A stretch of DNA of 64,000 bases from Bacteroidales bacterium UBA5235 (lineage in GTDB: Bacteria > Bacteroidota > Bacteroidia > Bacteroidales > VadinHA17): the NCBI GenBank assembly GCA_002409145.1, contig DHUL01000090.1:67604-131603 (forward strand), read 5' to 3'. The translations under genes were made by a program, and so were the position numbers. Below are positions 28,521-39,874 of this stretch, piece after piece (position 1 is the first letter of the stretch; each line of letters begins with the position of its first letter). Under the pieces are notes generated by a model, which saw only the letters and a list, made by a program, of their open reading frames with translations, made no database searches and had not been told where the DNA came from.

Positions 28521-29515
28521 CGAAAATAAGAGCAGCAATAACAGGCATCAATGCCTGGACACCGGAATACCGGCTGACCAACCAGGAACTCTCAGAAATG
28601 GTTGAGACCACCGATGAGTGGATCATGCAACGCGTCGGGATAAAGGAGAGAAGGATCCTGAAGGGAGAAGGAAAAGGTACATCTGACCTGGGTGAACCTG
28701 CTGTCAGGGGCCTGCTTGAAAAGACAGGTACTGATCCCGGGGAGATCGACCTCCTCATCTGCGCAACCATCACCCCTGACATGGCCTTCCCGGCAACAGC
28801 CAATATCATTTCTGACAAGGTCGGGATTAAAAACGCATTCAGCTTCGACATAGGCGCTGCCTGCTCCGGATTCCTTTTTGCACTCCAGACTGCAGCTGCG
28901 TACATCGAAACAGGAAGGTATAAAAAAGTAATAGTGGTAGGCACTGACAAGATGTCGTCTATCACTGACTATACTGACCGGACTACCTGCACCCTCTTCG
29001 GCGATGCTGCGGGAGCCGTACTCCTCGAACCCACATATGAGGAATTCGGTGTGATGGATTATATCTTCAGGACTGACGGCTCTGGAAGGAAATATCTTCA
29101 CATGAAGGCAGGCGGCTCTGTGAGACCCGCATCTCATGATACCGTGGGCGGACGTGAACATTATGTATACCAGGAGGGACAGGCGGTTTTCAAATTCGCT
29201 GTTTCCAACATGGCTGATGTGGCTGCCGAAATCATGGAAAAAAATAACCTCAGCCCCGATGACATAGCCTGGCTGGTGCCTCACCAGGCAAATCTCAGGA
29301 TTATAGACGCCACCGGCCGCAGAATGGGATTACCACCTGAAAAGGTGATGATCAACATTCAAAACTATGGCAACACCACAGCCGCTACCATACCTCTGGT
29401 TCTCTGGGAGTTCGAGAAGAAACTGAGGAAGGGTGACAACCTCATCCTGGCAGCTTTCGGCGGAGGCTTCACATGGGGCAGCATATGGCTCAAGTGGGCC
29501 TATGATCCGGCTTAA
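28517..29515 (+). CDS. fabH: Beta-ketoacyl-ACP synthase III
   Basis: 332 aa. It has the active-site motif GAACSGF plus HQAN and GNTTAA. Confidence 0.9.
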   Translation: MTKIRAAITGINAWTPEYRLTNQELSEMVETTDEWIMQRVGIKERRILKGEGKGTSDLGEPAVRGLLEKTGTDPGEIDLLICATITPDMAFPATANIISDKVGIKNAFSFDIGAACSGFLFALQTAAAYIETGRYKKVIVVGTDKMSSITDYTDRTTCTLFGDAAGAVLLEPTYEEFGVMDYIFRTDGSGRKYLHMKAGGSVRPASHDTVGGREHYVYQEGQAVFKFAVSNMADVAAEIMEKNNLSPDDIAWLVPHQANLRIIDATGRRMGLPPEKVMINIQNYGNTTAATIPLVLWEFEKKLRKGDNLILAAFGGGFTWGSIWLKWAYDPA

Positions 29516-29601
29516 GGGAAAAGAAAACCTCTCCGGACACAATAAGTTTTAATATTTTCGTGTTAAATAATTTCAGGGAAATCGGGAATAAATAAATCAC
29601 T

Positions 29602-29994
29602 ATGGCAAAAATAATGGAGACAGACAACGGCACGGCAGTAAACCTCATCAGCCAGGGAACAGAGATCACGGGTGACATAAAATCAACAGGTGATCTCCGC
29701 ATTGATGGAATTCTGAACGGCAACATGACCACCAAGGGAAAGGTTGTCATCGGCCCCACCGGAAAGGTCAAAGGAGAAGTGGAATGCAAGAACTCCGAAG
29801 TTTCCGGCCTGATTGACGGCAAGATCACCGTGTCACAGCTCCTCAACCTGAAAGCCTCATCCAAAATCAACGGCACCATCATTACCAATAAGCTCTCAAT
29901 AGAACCGGGAGCTGTTTTTACAGGCAACTGTGTCATGAAGGAGGGTGAAAACGGTGGAACAGCAACACCCAGACCCAGAGAAGAAGGAAAATAA
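29602..29994 (+). CDS. Bactofilin (polymer-forming cytoskeletal protein)
   Basis: 130 aa with repetitive beta-helix strands (GDIKSTGDLRIDGILNGNM, GKVVIGPTGKVKGEV, INGTIITNKLSIEPGAVFTG). Confidence 0.8.
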   Translation: MAKIMETDNGTAVNLISQGTEITGDIKSTGDLRIDGILNGNMTTKGKVVIGPTGKVKGEVECKNSEVSGLIDGKITVSQLLNLKASSKINGTIITNKLSIEPGAVFTGNCVMKEGENGGTATPRPREEGK

Positions 29995-30196
29995 AGGAAG
30001 GGCGGGTCTTGACGCCTACTCCAGGTACAGCACCATCGCCATCCAGATGGTGGTCATTATCCTCATTACATCACTCGGCGGAGTCAAACTTGACAAATTA
30101 GCCGGCACAGAACCGATACTTACGGTTGTTCTCTCGTTGCTTGGTGTGGCCGCTGCAATGTGGCTCGTAATAAAGGAGGCCTTAAGAAACAAATGA
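29945..30196 (+). CDS. AtpZ/AtpI-like small membrane protein
   Basis: 83 aa with two TM segments, positioned ahead of atpB. It overlaps the bactofilin 3' end by 50 nt in another frame. Confidence 0.6.
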   Translation: MKTVEQQHPDPEKKENKGRAGLDAYSRYSTIAIQMVVIILITSLGGVKLDKLAGTEPILTVVLSLLGVAAAMWLVIKEALRNK

Positions 30197-30197
30197 G

Positions 30198-30590
30198 ATG
30201 TTTAAACCCGGGGCAGTCAAATTCTACTGCGGTCTAGCAGCCATCGCCATGTTTTTCATCATCCCGGAAATAGTTCTGGCCAGGTATTATCCGTCTCTCT
30301 TCAACACTTCATCAGCTGTTTTTCTCACCGCAGGCTTTACCCTGGCTGCCTTTATTTCGCTTTTAATTTTTTTTAACGGATACCACTCCGACCGGGAGAG
30401 AAGTGTTTTTATGACACTAATTGCACTGGGAGTGAAGATGCTACTCTCTTTTGTACTTGCACTGCTCTTCTTTCTCGTCCTTAAAAACGATGCAACAGGT
30501 TCAGTAGTATTATTTTTTATTCTATATTTGGCGTTCACTGTTTATGTAGTTCTTACATTTACCAGTGTCCTGAAAAAAAAGTCAGATTAA
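30198..30590 (+). CDS. Hypothetical four-TM membrane protein in the atp operon leader region
   Basis: 130 aa and hydrophobic. It is tightly packed between the AtpZ-like gene and atpB. Confidence 0.5.
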   Translation: MFKPGAVKFYCGLAAIAMFFIIPEIVLARYYPSLFNTSSAVFLTAGFTLAAFISLLIFFNGYHSDRERSVFMTLIALGVKMLLSFVLALLFFLVLKNDATGSVVLFFILYLAFTVYVVLTFTSVLKKKSD

Positions 30591-30601
30591 AGAAATTCAG
30601 C

Positions 30602-31931
<1,330 letters not shown>

Positions 31932-31935
31932 GATC

Positions 31936-31969
31936 AAAAAAAAGCCTGCAACGGTTGGTTGCAGGCTTT
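31936..31969 (+). promoter_or_regulatory. Perfect 12-bp stem-loop between atpE and atpF (intra-operon hairpin)
   Basis: AAAGCCTGCAAC (31941-31952) pairs with GTTGCAGGCTTT (31958-31969) around a 5-nt loop. It is preceded by an A-run and followed by only TTT. Confidence 0.6.
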
Positions 31970-31998
31970 ACAATTGAATTTTTAAAAAACAGCATAAA

Positions 31999-32511
31999 AT
32001 GTTACTACAAAGCAGTCTTGCCAGTCCCGCCATCGGGACAGTCTTTTGGACAACACTGATATTCCTCATCCTGCTCGTCCTGCTCTGGAAGTTCGCATGG
32101 GGGCCCATCATGAAAGCCGTCAAGGCGCGTGAAGACATGATCAACAACGCGCTTGAGTCGGCTGAAAAAGCCCGTGAGGAGATGAAGGTGCTGCAGTCTG
32201 ACAACGAGATCATCCTGCGCAAGGCACGTGAGGAGCGTGACAAGATCCTTCGAGATGCCCGTGTGGCCTATGACCGGATGATGACAGAAGCCAAGGAGAA
32301 AGGCCAGTCGGAGTCAGATGCACTGGTGCGCCGCGCCAGGGAACTGATCGAACGTGAGAAGGTGTCTGCCATTGCCGAGGTGAAGAAGGAGGTGGCCAGG
32401 CTGGCTATCGAGGTGGCCTCCAAAGTGGTCGGGGAGACCCTTAAGAGCGATGCCGAGCAGCAGAAGCTCATTGAAAGATATATTAACGACATCGAAGCAA
32501 ACAGGAACTGA
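31999..32511 (+). CDS. atpF: F0F1 ATP synthase subunit b
   Basis: 170 aa with a single N-terminal TM segment followed by a long charged helix. Confidence 0.85.
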   Translation: MLLQSSLASPAIGTVFWTTLIFLILLVLLWKFAWGPIMKAVKAREDMINNALESAEKAREEMKVLQSDNEIILRKAREERDKILRDARVAYDRMMTEAKEKGQSESDALVRRARELIEREKVSAIAEVKKEVARLAIEVASKVVGETLKSDAEQQKLIERYINDIEANRN

Positions 32512-32515
32512 TCAC

Positions 32516-33067
32516 ATGAATTCAGCCAGGATAGCTGTAAGATATGCGAAGGCGCTCTTCGACCTTGCCCTTGAAGGCAACGCCGTTGATGGCGTCTACG
32601 GTGACATGAAGGCATTAAGCCGCCTTTGTGCCCTGGATGAAGTGAAGGATGTGATCAGCAATCCTGTTATCCCGCAGCAGAAGAGAAAGGATGCAATCAT
32701 TGCCCTTGCCGGTGATGATGCTGAAAAGCTGACTGTTGATTTCATCGGTTTGATGTTCAGTCATGGCCGGGGTGATTACCTCGCTGCGGCAGCCCGTAAC
32801 TTCATTGACCTCACGCGCCGCCACAGGGGAATACGCCAGGTAACCGTAACCACTGCCGTTCCCGTCGATGATGCAACCAAGCAGGAGATGGCTGCCCTGA
32901 TCGCAGGGGATAAGGGAGGCACCATAGAGTTCAACGAGCAGATAGATGAGTCAATTATCGGCGGATTTATTCTCAGGGTAGATGATTCATACATTGACGC
33001 CAGCGTAAGGAACAGGCTGAACAGATTCAGAAAGGAGTTTTCACTGGCAGGTTATGCCGAAAAGTAG
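32516..33067 (+). CDS. atpH: F0F1 ATP synthase subunit delta
   Basis: The start is set at MNSARIAVRYAKALFDLA, a typical OSCP/delta N-terminus. The C-terminal motif is IGGFILRVDD. Confidence 0.85.
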   Translation: MNSARIAVRYAKALFDLALEGNAVDGVYGDMKALSRLCALDEVKDVISNPVIPQQKRKDAIIALAGDDAEKLTVDFIGLMFSHGRGDYLAAAARNFIDLTRRHRGIRQVTVTTAVPVDDATKQEMAALIAGDKGGTIEFNEQIDESIIGGFILRVDDSYIDASVRNRLNRFRKEFSLAGYAEK

Positions 33068-33085
33068 TTTATAAGATTCAGAGAT

Positions 33086-34672
33086 ATGACTAATATTAAA
33101 CCTTCAGAGGTATCACAGATTTTAAGGCAGCAGCTTGAAGGAGTAAAGACGGCCATTGACGTAGAGGAAGTAGGGACGGTGCTTCAGGTAGGTGACGGCA
33201 TCGCACGCATCTACGGTCTCAGGAATGTTGGGTCCAACGAGCTCATCGAATTCGTTGAATCAGGTATTAAGGGGATTGTTCTCAACCTTGAGGAGGATAA
33301 CGTTGGTGCAGTTATACTGGGCGCCTCGGAAAAAATCAGGGAGGGTGACATCGCGCGTCGCACCGGCAGGATCTCCTCCATCATGGTTGGTGAAGGGCTG
33401 CTGGGCAGGGTAATCACAACCACCGGTGAACCGATTGACGGCCGCGGCCCTGTAACAGGCGAGCTCTATGAGATGCCCTTCGAGAGAAAGGCCCCTGGGG
33501 TTATCTTCCGCCAGCCGGTGAAGCAGCCCGTGCAGACCGGACTAAAGGCCATTGATGCCATGATACCCATAGGCCGCGGCCAGCGCGAGCTCATTATCGG
33601 AGACCGCCAGACTGGCAAGACTGCCATCGCTGTCGATACAATACTGAACCAGAAGGGCGAATTTGACAGGGGGAAGCCGGTCTACTGCATTTATGTCGCA
33701 ATCGGCCAGAAGGGCTCGAATGTTGCCAATATTGCAAAAACACTTGAGAGTTACGGCGCAATGGATTATACGGTTATCGTCAGTGCCACTGCCGCTGACT
33801 CTGCCGCCGCACAGTTCTATGCACCCTTTGCAGGCGCTGCAATAGGTGAGTTCTTCCGTGACACCGGTCGTGATGCGCTAATAATCTATGACGACCTCTC
33901 CAAGCAGGCCGTATCATACCGTGAGGTCTCCCTGCTGCTCCGCCGTCCACCCGGCCGCGAAGCATACCCGGGTGACGTCTTTTATCTCCACTCACGCCTT
34001 CTTGAAAGGGCTGCAAAGATCATCGAATCAGACGAGGTTGCGCAGCGTATGAATGACATACCTGAATCAATTCGCCACCTTGTAAAAGGAGGTGGATCAC
34101 TGACAGCACTGCCTATAATCGAGACACAGGCCGGTGACGTTTCGGCGTACATTCCCACAAACGTAATATCAATCACTGACGGGCAGATCTTTCTTGAGTC
34201 AAGCCTCTTCAACGCCGGTATCAGGCCTGCAATCAACGTGGGTATCTCTGTATCCAGGGTTGGAGGCAATGCCCAGATCAAATCGATGAAGAAGGTGGCC
34301 GGAACCCTTAAGGTTGACCAGGCACAGTACCGTGAACTGGAGGCCTTCTCGAAGTTCGGCTCCGATCTTGATCCTGCCACCCTGGCAGTTCTCGACAAGG
34401 GCTCGAAGAACGTTGAGATCCTCAAGCAGAATCTCTTCTCACCGATGAAGGTTGAAGAGCAGGTTGCAATAATTTACTGCGGTACAAAGGGATTGCTCAA
34501 GAGTGTTCCGGTACACAAGGTCAAGCTGTTTGAAAATGACTTCCTTGCGTTCATGCGTGACCATCATGCAGATGTGCTTGAAAGCATTAAGAAGGGCATA
34601 ATAAATGACGAAGTGACTGTAGTGCTTGAAAAGGCCGCTGCAGATGTTGCAAGCCGTTATTCGTCCCGCTAG
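33086..34672 (+). CDS. atpA: F0F1 ATP synthase subunit alpha
   Basis: 528 aa with the P-loop GDRQTGKT. Confidence 0.95.
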   Translation: MTNIKPSEVSQILRQQLEGVKTAIDVEEVGTVLQVGDGIARIYGLRNVGSNELIEFVESGIKGIVLNLEEDNVGAVILGASEKIREGDIARRTGRISSIMVGEGLLGRVITTTGEPIDGRGPVTGELYEMPFERKAPGVIFRQPVKQPVQTGLKAIDAMIPIGRGQRELIIGDRQTGKTAIAVDTILNQKGEFDRGKPVYCIYVAIGQKGSNVANIAKTLESYGAMDYTVIVSATAADSAAAQFYAPFAGAAIGEFFRDTGRDALIIYDDLSKQAVSYREVSLLLRRPPGREAYPGDVFYLHSRLLERAAKIIESDEVAQRMNDIPESIRHLVKGGGSLTALPIIETQAGDVSAYIPTNVISITDGQIFLESSLFNAGIRPAINVGISVSRVGGNAQIKSMKKVAGTLKVDQAQYRELEAFSKFGSDLDPATLAVLDKGSKNVEILKQNLFSPMKVEEQVAIIYCGTKGLLKSVPVHKVKLFENDFLAFMRDHHADVLESIKKGIINDEVTVVLEKAAADVASRYSSR

Positions 34673-34694
34673 CAGTAATGGTTAAAAAGAGAAA

Positions 34695-35582
34695 ATGGCT
34701 AATTTAAAGGCTATAAGGGTCAGGCTCAGCTCGGTCAAATCAACCCGACAGATCACGTCGGCGATGAAGATGGTGGCTGCAGCCAAGCTCCGCAAGGCAC
34801 AGGACGCGATAGTACAGCTAAGGCCTTATGCCGACAAGCTCAATGAGATCCAGGCCGGGCTCAGCGCTGCATTGCGCGACACCGAGACTGAGAACATATA
34901 TGCAGAAAGGAAGAAGGGCAACGGGAAGGTGCTGCTTGTGGTGGTAACATCAAACAAGGGGCTCTGTGGCGCATTCAATGCCAACGTGCTCAGGGAAGCC
35001 AGGAGGATCATGTCGGAGAAATACAGCCAGGAAGCCAGGAGGGGCGACCTCGCGGTGATGACGGTGGGTAAGAAGGCGTATGACACCCTCAGAAAGCTGA
35101 AGTGCAATATCATTGAAGATCACAGTGACCTGTACGCAGAGCTGACATTTGACAGGGTCTCGGCGCTGGCTGACAGACTGATGAAGCTCTATGTCTCGAA
35201 GGAGTATGACACCGTGGAAGTAGTCTACAACCAATTCAGGAATGCAGCGTTGCAGAAACTCACCGATGAAGTGTTCCTGCCTGTGACAATGGAGGCTCCG
35301 TCAGGTGCTGCCGCTGCACACGCAGACTATATCTACGAGCCTGATCAGGTAAGCATAGTTTCGGAGCTCATACCCAAAACCCTGCGCATCAAACTGTACC
35401 GTTCCCTGCTCGATTCATTCGCGGCAGAACACGGTGCACGGATGACTGCCATGCATCAGGCTACCGATAATGCCACAGACCTTATCAGGGATCTGACCCT
35501 GCAATACAACAAGGCACGCCAGGCCTCTATCACCAACCAGCTGCTTGAGGTGGTCAGCGGTGCTGAAGCGCTTAACGGTTAA
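34695..35582 (+). CDS. atpG: F0F1 ATP synthase subunit gamma
   Basis: 295 aa. The N-terminus is RLSSVKSTRQITSAMKMVAAAKLRKAQ and the C-terminus is ITNQLLEVVSGAEAL. Confidence 0.9.
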   Translation: MANLKAIRVRLSSVKSTRQITSAMKMVAAAKLRKAQDAIVQLRPYADKLNEIQAGLSAALRDTETENIYAERKKGNGKVLLVVVTSNKGLCGAFNANVLREARRIMSEKYSQEARRGDLAVMTVGKKAYDTLRKLKCNIIEDHSDLYAELTFDRVSALADRLMKLYVSKEYDTVEVVYNQFRNAALQKLTDEVFLPVTMEAPSGAAAAHADYIYEPDQVSIVSELIPKTLRIKLYRSLLDSFAAEHGARMTAMHQATDNATDLIRDLTLQYNKARQASITNQLLEVVSGAEALNG

Positions 35583-35597
35583 CAGAAGGAGACAAAC

Positions 35598-36572
35598 ATG
35601 TTCACCAGCGAATACCTGAGGGAACTGACAGATAAGGCAATAGCCAGTCTCGGTGGCACACCGGAGGCAGAAAAGCTCTTTGAGCCCGTGAGATATATAA
35701 TGTCAATCGGAGGAAAGAGACTCAGACCGGTTATGTGCCTTTTATCCTGCAACATCTTCAGGGACAAGATTGACGAGGCAGTGATGCCTGCGGTGGGCAT
35801 AGAGGTATTTCACAACTTCACCCTGATCCATGACGATATCATTGATAAGGCTGAGGTAAGACGCGGATCTCCTACGGTGCATGCAAAGTGGGGCCCTGAC
35901 CAGGCTGTACTTTCAGGTGATGTAATGGCATTCGTTGCAGTGGAATGCATAGGCCAGGCTCCTGAAAAGACCCTGCCGAAGGCACTGAAGCTCTTCAACC
36001 GTACCGCCATTGAAGTATGCTCCGGCCAGCAGCTCGACCTTGACTATGAGAAGAAAGGTGTAGTGTCAGAAGCCGAATACCTTCGGATGATTGAACTGAA
36101 GACAGCAGTGCTCGTGGCAGCTTCCCTCAAGATGGGGGCAATCATAGGAGATGCTTCTGAAAAGGACCAGGACCTTCTTTATGAGTTCGGGCGCTGCCTT
36201 GGCATTGCCTTCCAGATTCAGGATGATGTCCTTGATACATATGGCGATACGAAGATGTTCGGGAAGAAGACCGGCAGTGACATAGTGGCAAACAAAAAGA
36301 CCTACCTTCTGGTGAAGGCCCTCGAAATGGCCGGCGGTAACAGGCTTACCCGCCTCAGGAAACTTCTCGGACCCGGCAACAATGACCCGGAGACAAAGGT
36401 CAGGGAGGTAAGGGCTATATATGATGAGCTGGATATAAGGCTGAAGGCTGAGAACCTGGCATATGACTATTTCAACAGGGCTTTCCAGGCTCTTGACCAG
36501 GTTTCGGTAAACGCCGAAAGAAAGAACGAACTGAAGCAGCTTGCGGTGAATCTCATCGGAAGGGTTAAATAA
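35598..36572 (+). CDS. Polyprenyl diphosphate synthase (trans-isoprenyl diphosphate synthase family)
   Basis: 324 aa with a first DDxxD motif (LIHDDIID) and a second one (FQIQDDVLD). Chain length cannot be read from the sequence. Confidence 0.85.
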   Translation: MFTSEYLRELTDKAIASLGGTPEAEKLFEPVRYIMSIGGKRLRPVMCLLSCNIFRDKIDEAVMPAVGIEVFHNFTLIHDDIIDKAEVRRGSPTVHAKWGPDQAVLSGDVMAFVAVECIGQAPEKTLPKALKLFNRTAIEVCSGQQLDLDYEKKGVVSEAEYLRMIELKTAVLVAASLKMGAIIGDASEKDQDLLYEFGRCLGIAFQIQDDVLDTYGDTKMFGKKTGSDIVANKKTYLLVKALEMAGGNRLTRLRKLLGPGNNDPETKVREVRAIYDELDIRLKAENLAYDYFNRAFQALDQVSVNAERKNELKQLAVNLIGRVK

Positions 36573-36638
36573 ATTTCGCCCCGTCAGGGGCATAGAATAA
36601 AGACAATAGATTATCAGATTACATTGAAACAGATTTAA

Positions 36639-38156
<1,518 letters not shown>

Positions 38157-38173
38157 ACAATAAAATACCGGAC

Positions 38174-38422
38174 GTGAAGATTGAAATCATTACACCTGAC
38201 AGGAACATCTATTCGGGGGAGATACGCGCGGTGAGGGTACCGGGAAGGAAAGGCTCATTCCAGGTGCTGAAAGACCACGCGCCCATCATCTCTACCCTTG
38301 ATGCCGGACCTGTGATCATTGCTGATGACCAGGGCACCGAAGTGAGGTTTGAAATCACCGGTGGTGTGATAGAGGTGAAGAGGAACAGGATTATCCTGCT
38401 GGCCGACTCCGTGGTTCAATAG
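38174..38422 (+). CDS. atpC: F0F1 ATP synthase subunit epsilon (short form, beta-sandwich only)
   Basis: 82 aa with a GTG start, directly after atpD. It lacks the C-terminal helical hairpin present in 135-140 aa epsilon subunits. Confidence 0.8.
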   Translation: MKIEIITPDRNIYSGEIRAVRVPGRKGSFQVLKDHAPIISTLDAGPVIIADDQGTEVRFEITGGVIEVKRNRIILLADSVVQ

Positions 38423-38431
38423 CATACAGGC

Positions 38432-39874
38432 ATGGACAGCAACGAGTTTCGCAGGTACGGGCATGAGATCGTTGAGTGGATCGCCCGGTACTTTGAGAAC
38501 GTGGGGCAATACCCGGTAAAATCACGTGTCAAACCGGGTGAGATAAAGAATGCATTGCCGGAGCTTCCGCCCTCAGGGAGCGAATCCTTTGATCTTTTCA
38601 TGAAAGATTTCGATGAGGTTATCATGCCGGGCATTACCCACTGGCAAAGCCCGAATTTCTTTGCATATTTCCCTGCCAACAGCTCTCCTCCGTCGGTGCT
38701 TGCCGAGATGCTCACAGCAGCCCTCGGGGCGCAGTGCATGCTCTGGGAAACATCTCCGGCAGCAGCAGAGCTGGAGGAGAAGATGATGGAGTGGCTGAAG
38801 GTGATGACAGCTCTTCCTGCTGAATTTGAGGGTGTCATACAGGACAGCGCCTCCTCGTCAACCCTGGCCGCGCTGATCACAGCAAGGGAAAAGGTCACCC
38901 GGTTCTGCTCCAACAGGGAAGGACTCGGTGATAAGGGCCGTCTGCGCGTCTATGCATCAACCCAGACTCACTCCTCAGTGGAGAAGGGCGCAGGAGTTGC
39001 CGGATTTGGCCGTGATAACCTGGTAAAGGTGGCTGTAAGGAGTGACTATTCCATGGATCCGGAAGCGCTGAGCATAGCTATTGAGGACGACATTGCAGCA
39101 GGATTCACCCCGTGTTGCGTGGTTGCCACCCTTGGCACCACGGGCACCACTGCCATTGATCCTCTGAGAGCCATAGGTGAGATCTGCCGGAAGCATGGTA
39201 TCTGGCTGCATGTTGACGCCGCCCTGGGCGGAACAGCCCTCCTGCTCCCCGAGATGCGCTGGATGACAGATGGGATTGAATACGCTGACTCACTGGTATT
39301 CAACCCTCACAAGTGGATGTTTACCAACTTTGACTGTTCAGCATATTTTGTTCGTGACGCCGCATCTCTGATCCGCTCGTTCGAGATCCTTCCCGAGTAT
39401 CTTAAGACACGCACCAGGGGGGAGGTGAATGATTACCGCGACTGGGGCATACCTCTCGGGAGACGCTTCAGGGCGCTGAAGCTGTGGGCCGTAATAAGGT
39501 GTTACGGGGTGGAAAAACTCCGGTCAATGATACGTGAGCATATCCGCCTGGCGAAGATGCTTGCAGGGCTGGTTGAGGCTGAAATGAATTTTGAGCTAAT
39601 GGCCCCGGTGCCGCTGAATACGGTCTGCTTCAGGTACTGCCCGGCCGGTATGGATGACAGGGATGCCAACAGTCTGAATGAGAGGATCAACCATGCACTG
39701 AATGATACCGGTAAAATTTATCTTACACATACAAAAATTGACGGCAGGTATGTATTAAGGATGGTGACGGCCCAGACCAGCGTCACCGAAAGCCATGTAC
39801 TGCAGGCATGGGATCTCATCAGGGAGACAGCGTCAGCGCTCTCTCCCAAGAACGGTGCCGTAGATGTTGACTGA
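38432..39874 (+). CDS. Pyridoxal-dependent group II decarboxylase (aromatic-L-amino-acid / tyrosine decarboxylase-like)
   Basis: 480 aa. SLVFNPHKWMFTNFDCSAYFVR fits the DDC/GAD/HDC/TyrDC PLP-attachment signature by eye. The N-terminus FRRYGHEIVEWIARYF and the motif HWQSPNFFAYFP are typical of AADC. Confidence 0.85.
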   Translation: MDSNEFRRYGHEIVEWIARYFENVGQYPVKSRVKPGEIKNALPELPPSGSESFDLFMKDFDEVIMPGITHWQSPNFFAYFPANSSPPSVLAEMLTAALGAQCMLWETSPAAAELEEKMMEWLKVMTALPAEFEGVIQDSASSSTLAALITAREKVTRFCSNREGLGDKGRLRVYASTQTHSSVEKGAGVAGFGRDNLVKVAVRSDYSMDPEALSIAIEDDIAAGFTPCCVVATLGTTGTTAIDPLRAIGEICRKHGIWLHVDAALGGTALLLPEMRWMTDGIEYADSLVFNPHKWMFTNFDCSAYFVRDAASLIRSFEILPEYLKTRTRGEVNDYRDWGIPLGRRFRALKLWAVIRCYGVEKLRSMIREHIRLAKMLAGLVEAEMNFELMAPVPLNTVCFRYCPAGMDDRDANSLNERINHALNDTGKIYLTHTKIDGRYVLRMVTAQTSVTESHVLQAWDLIRETASALSPKNGAVDVD

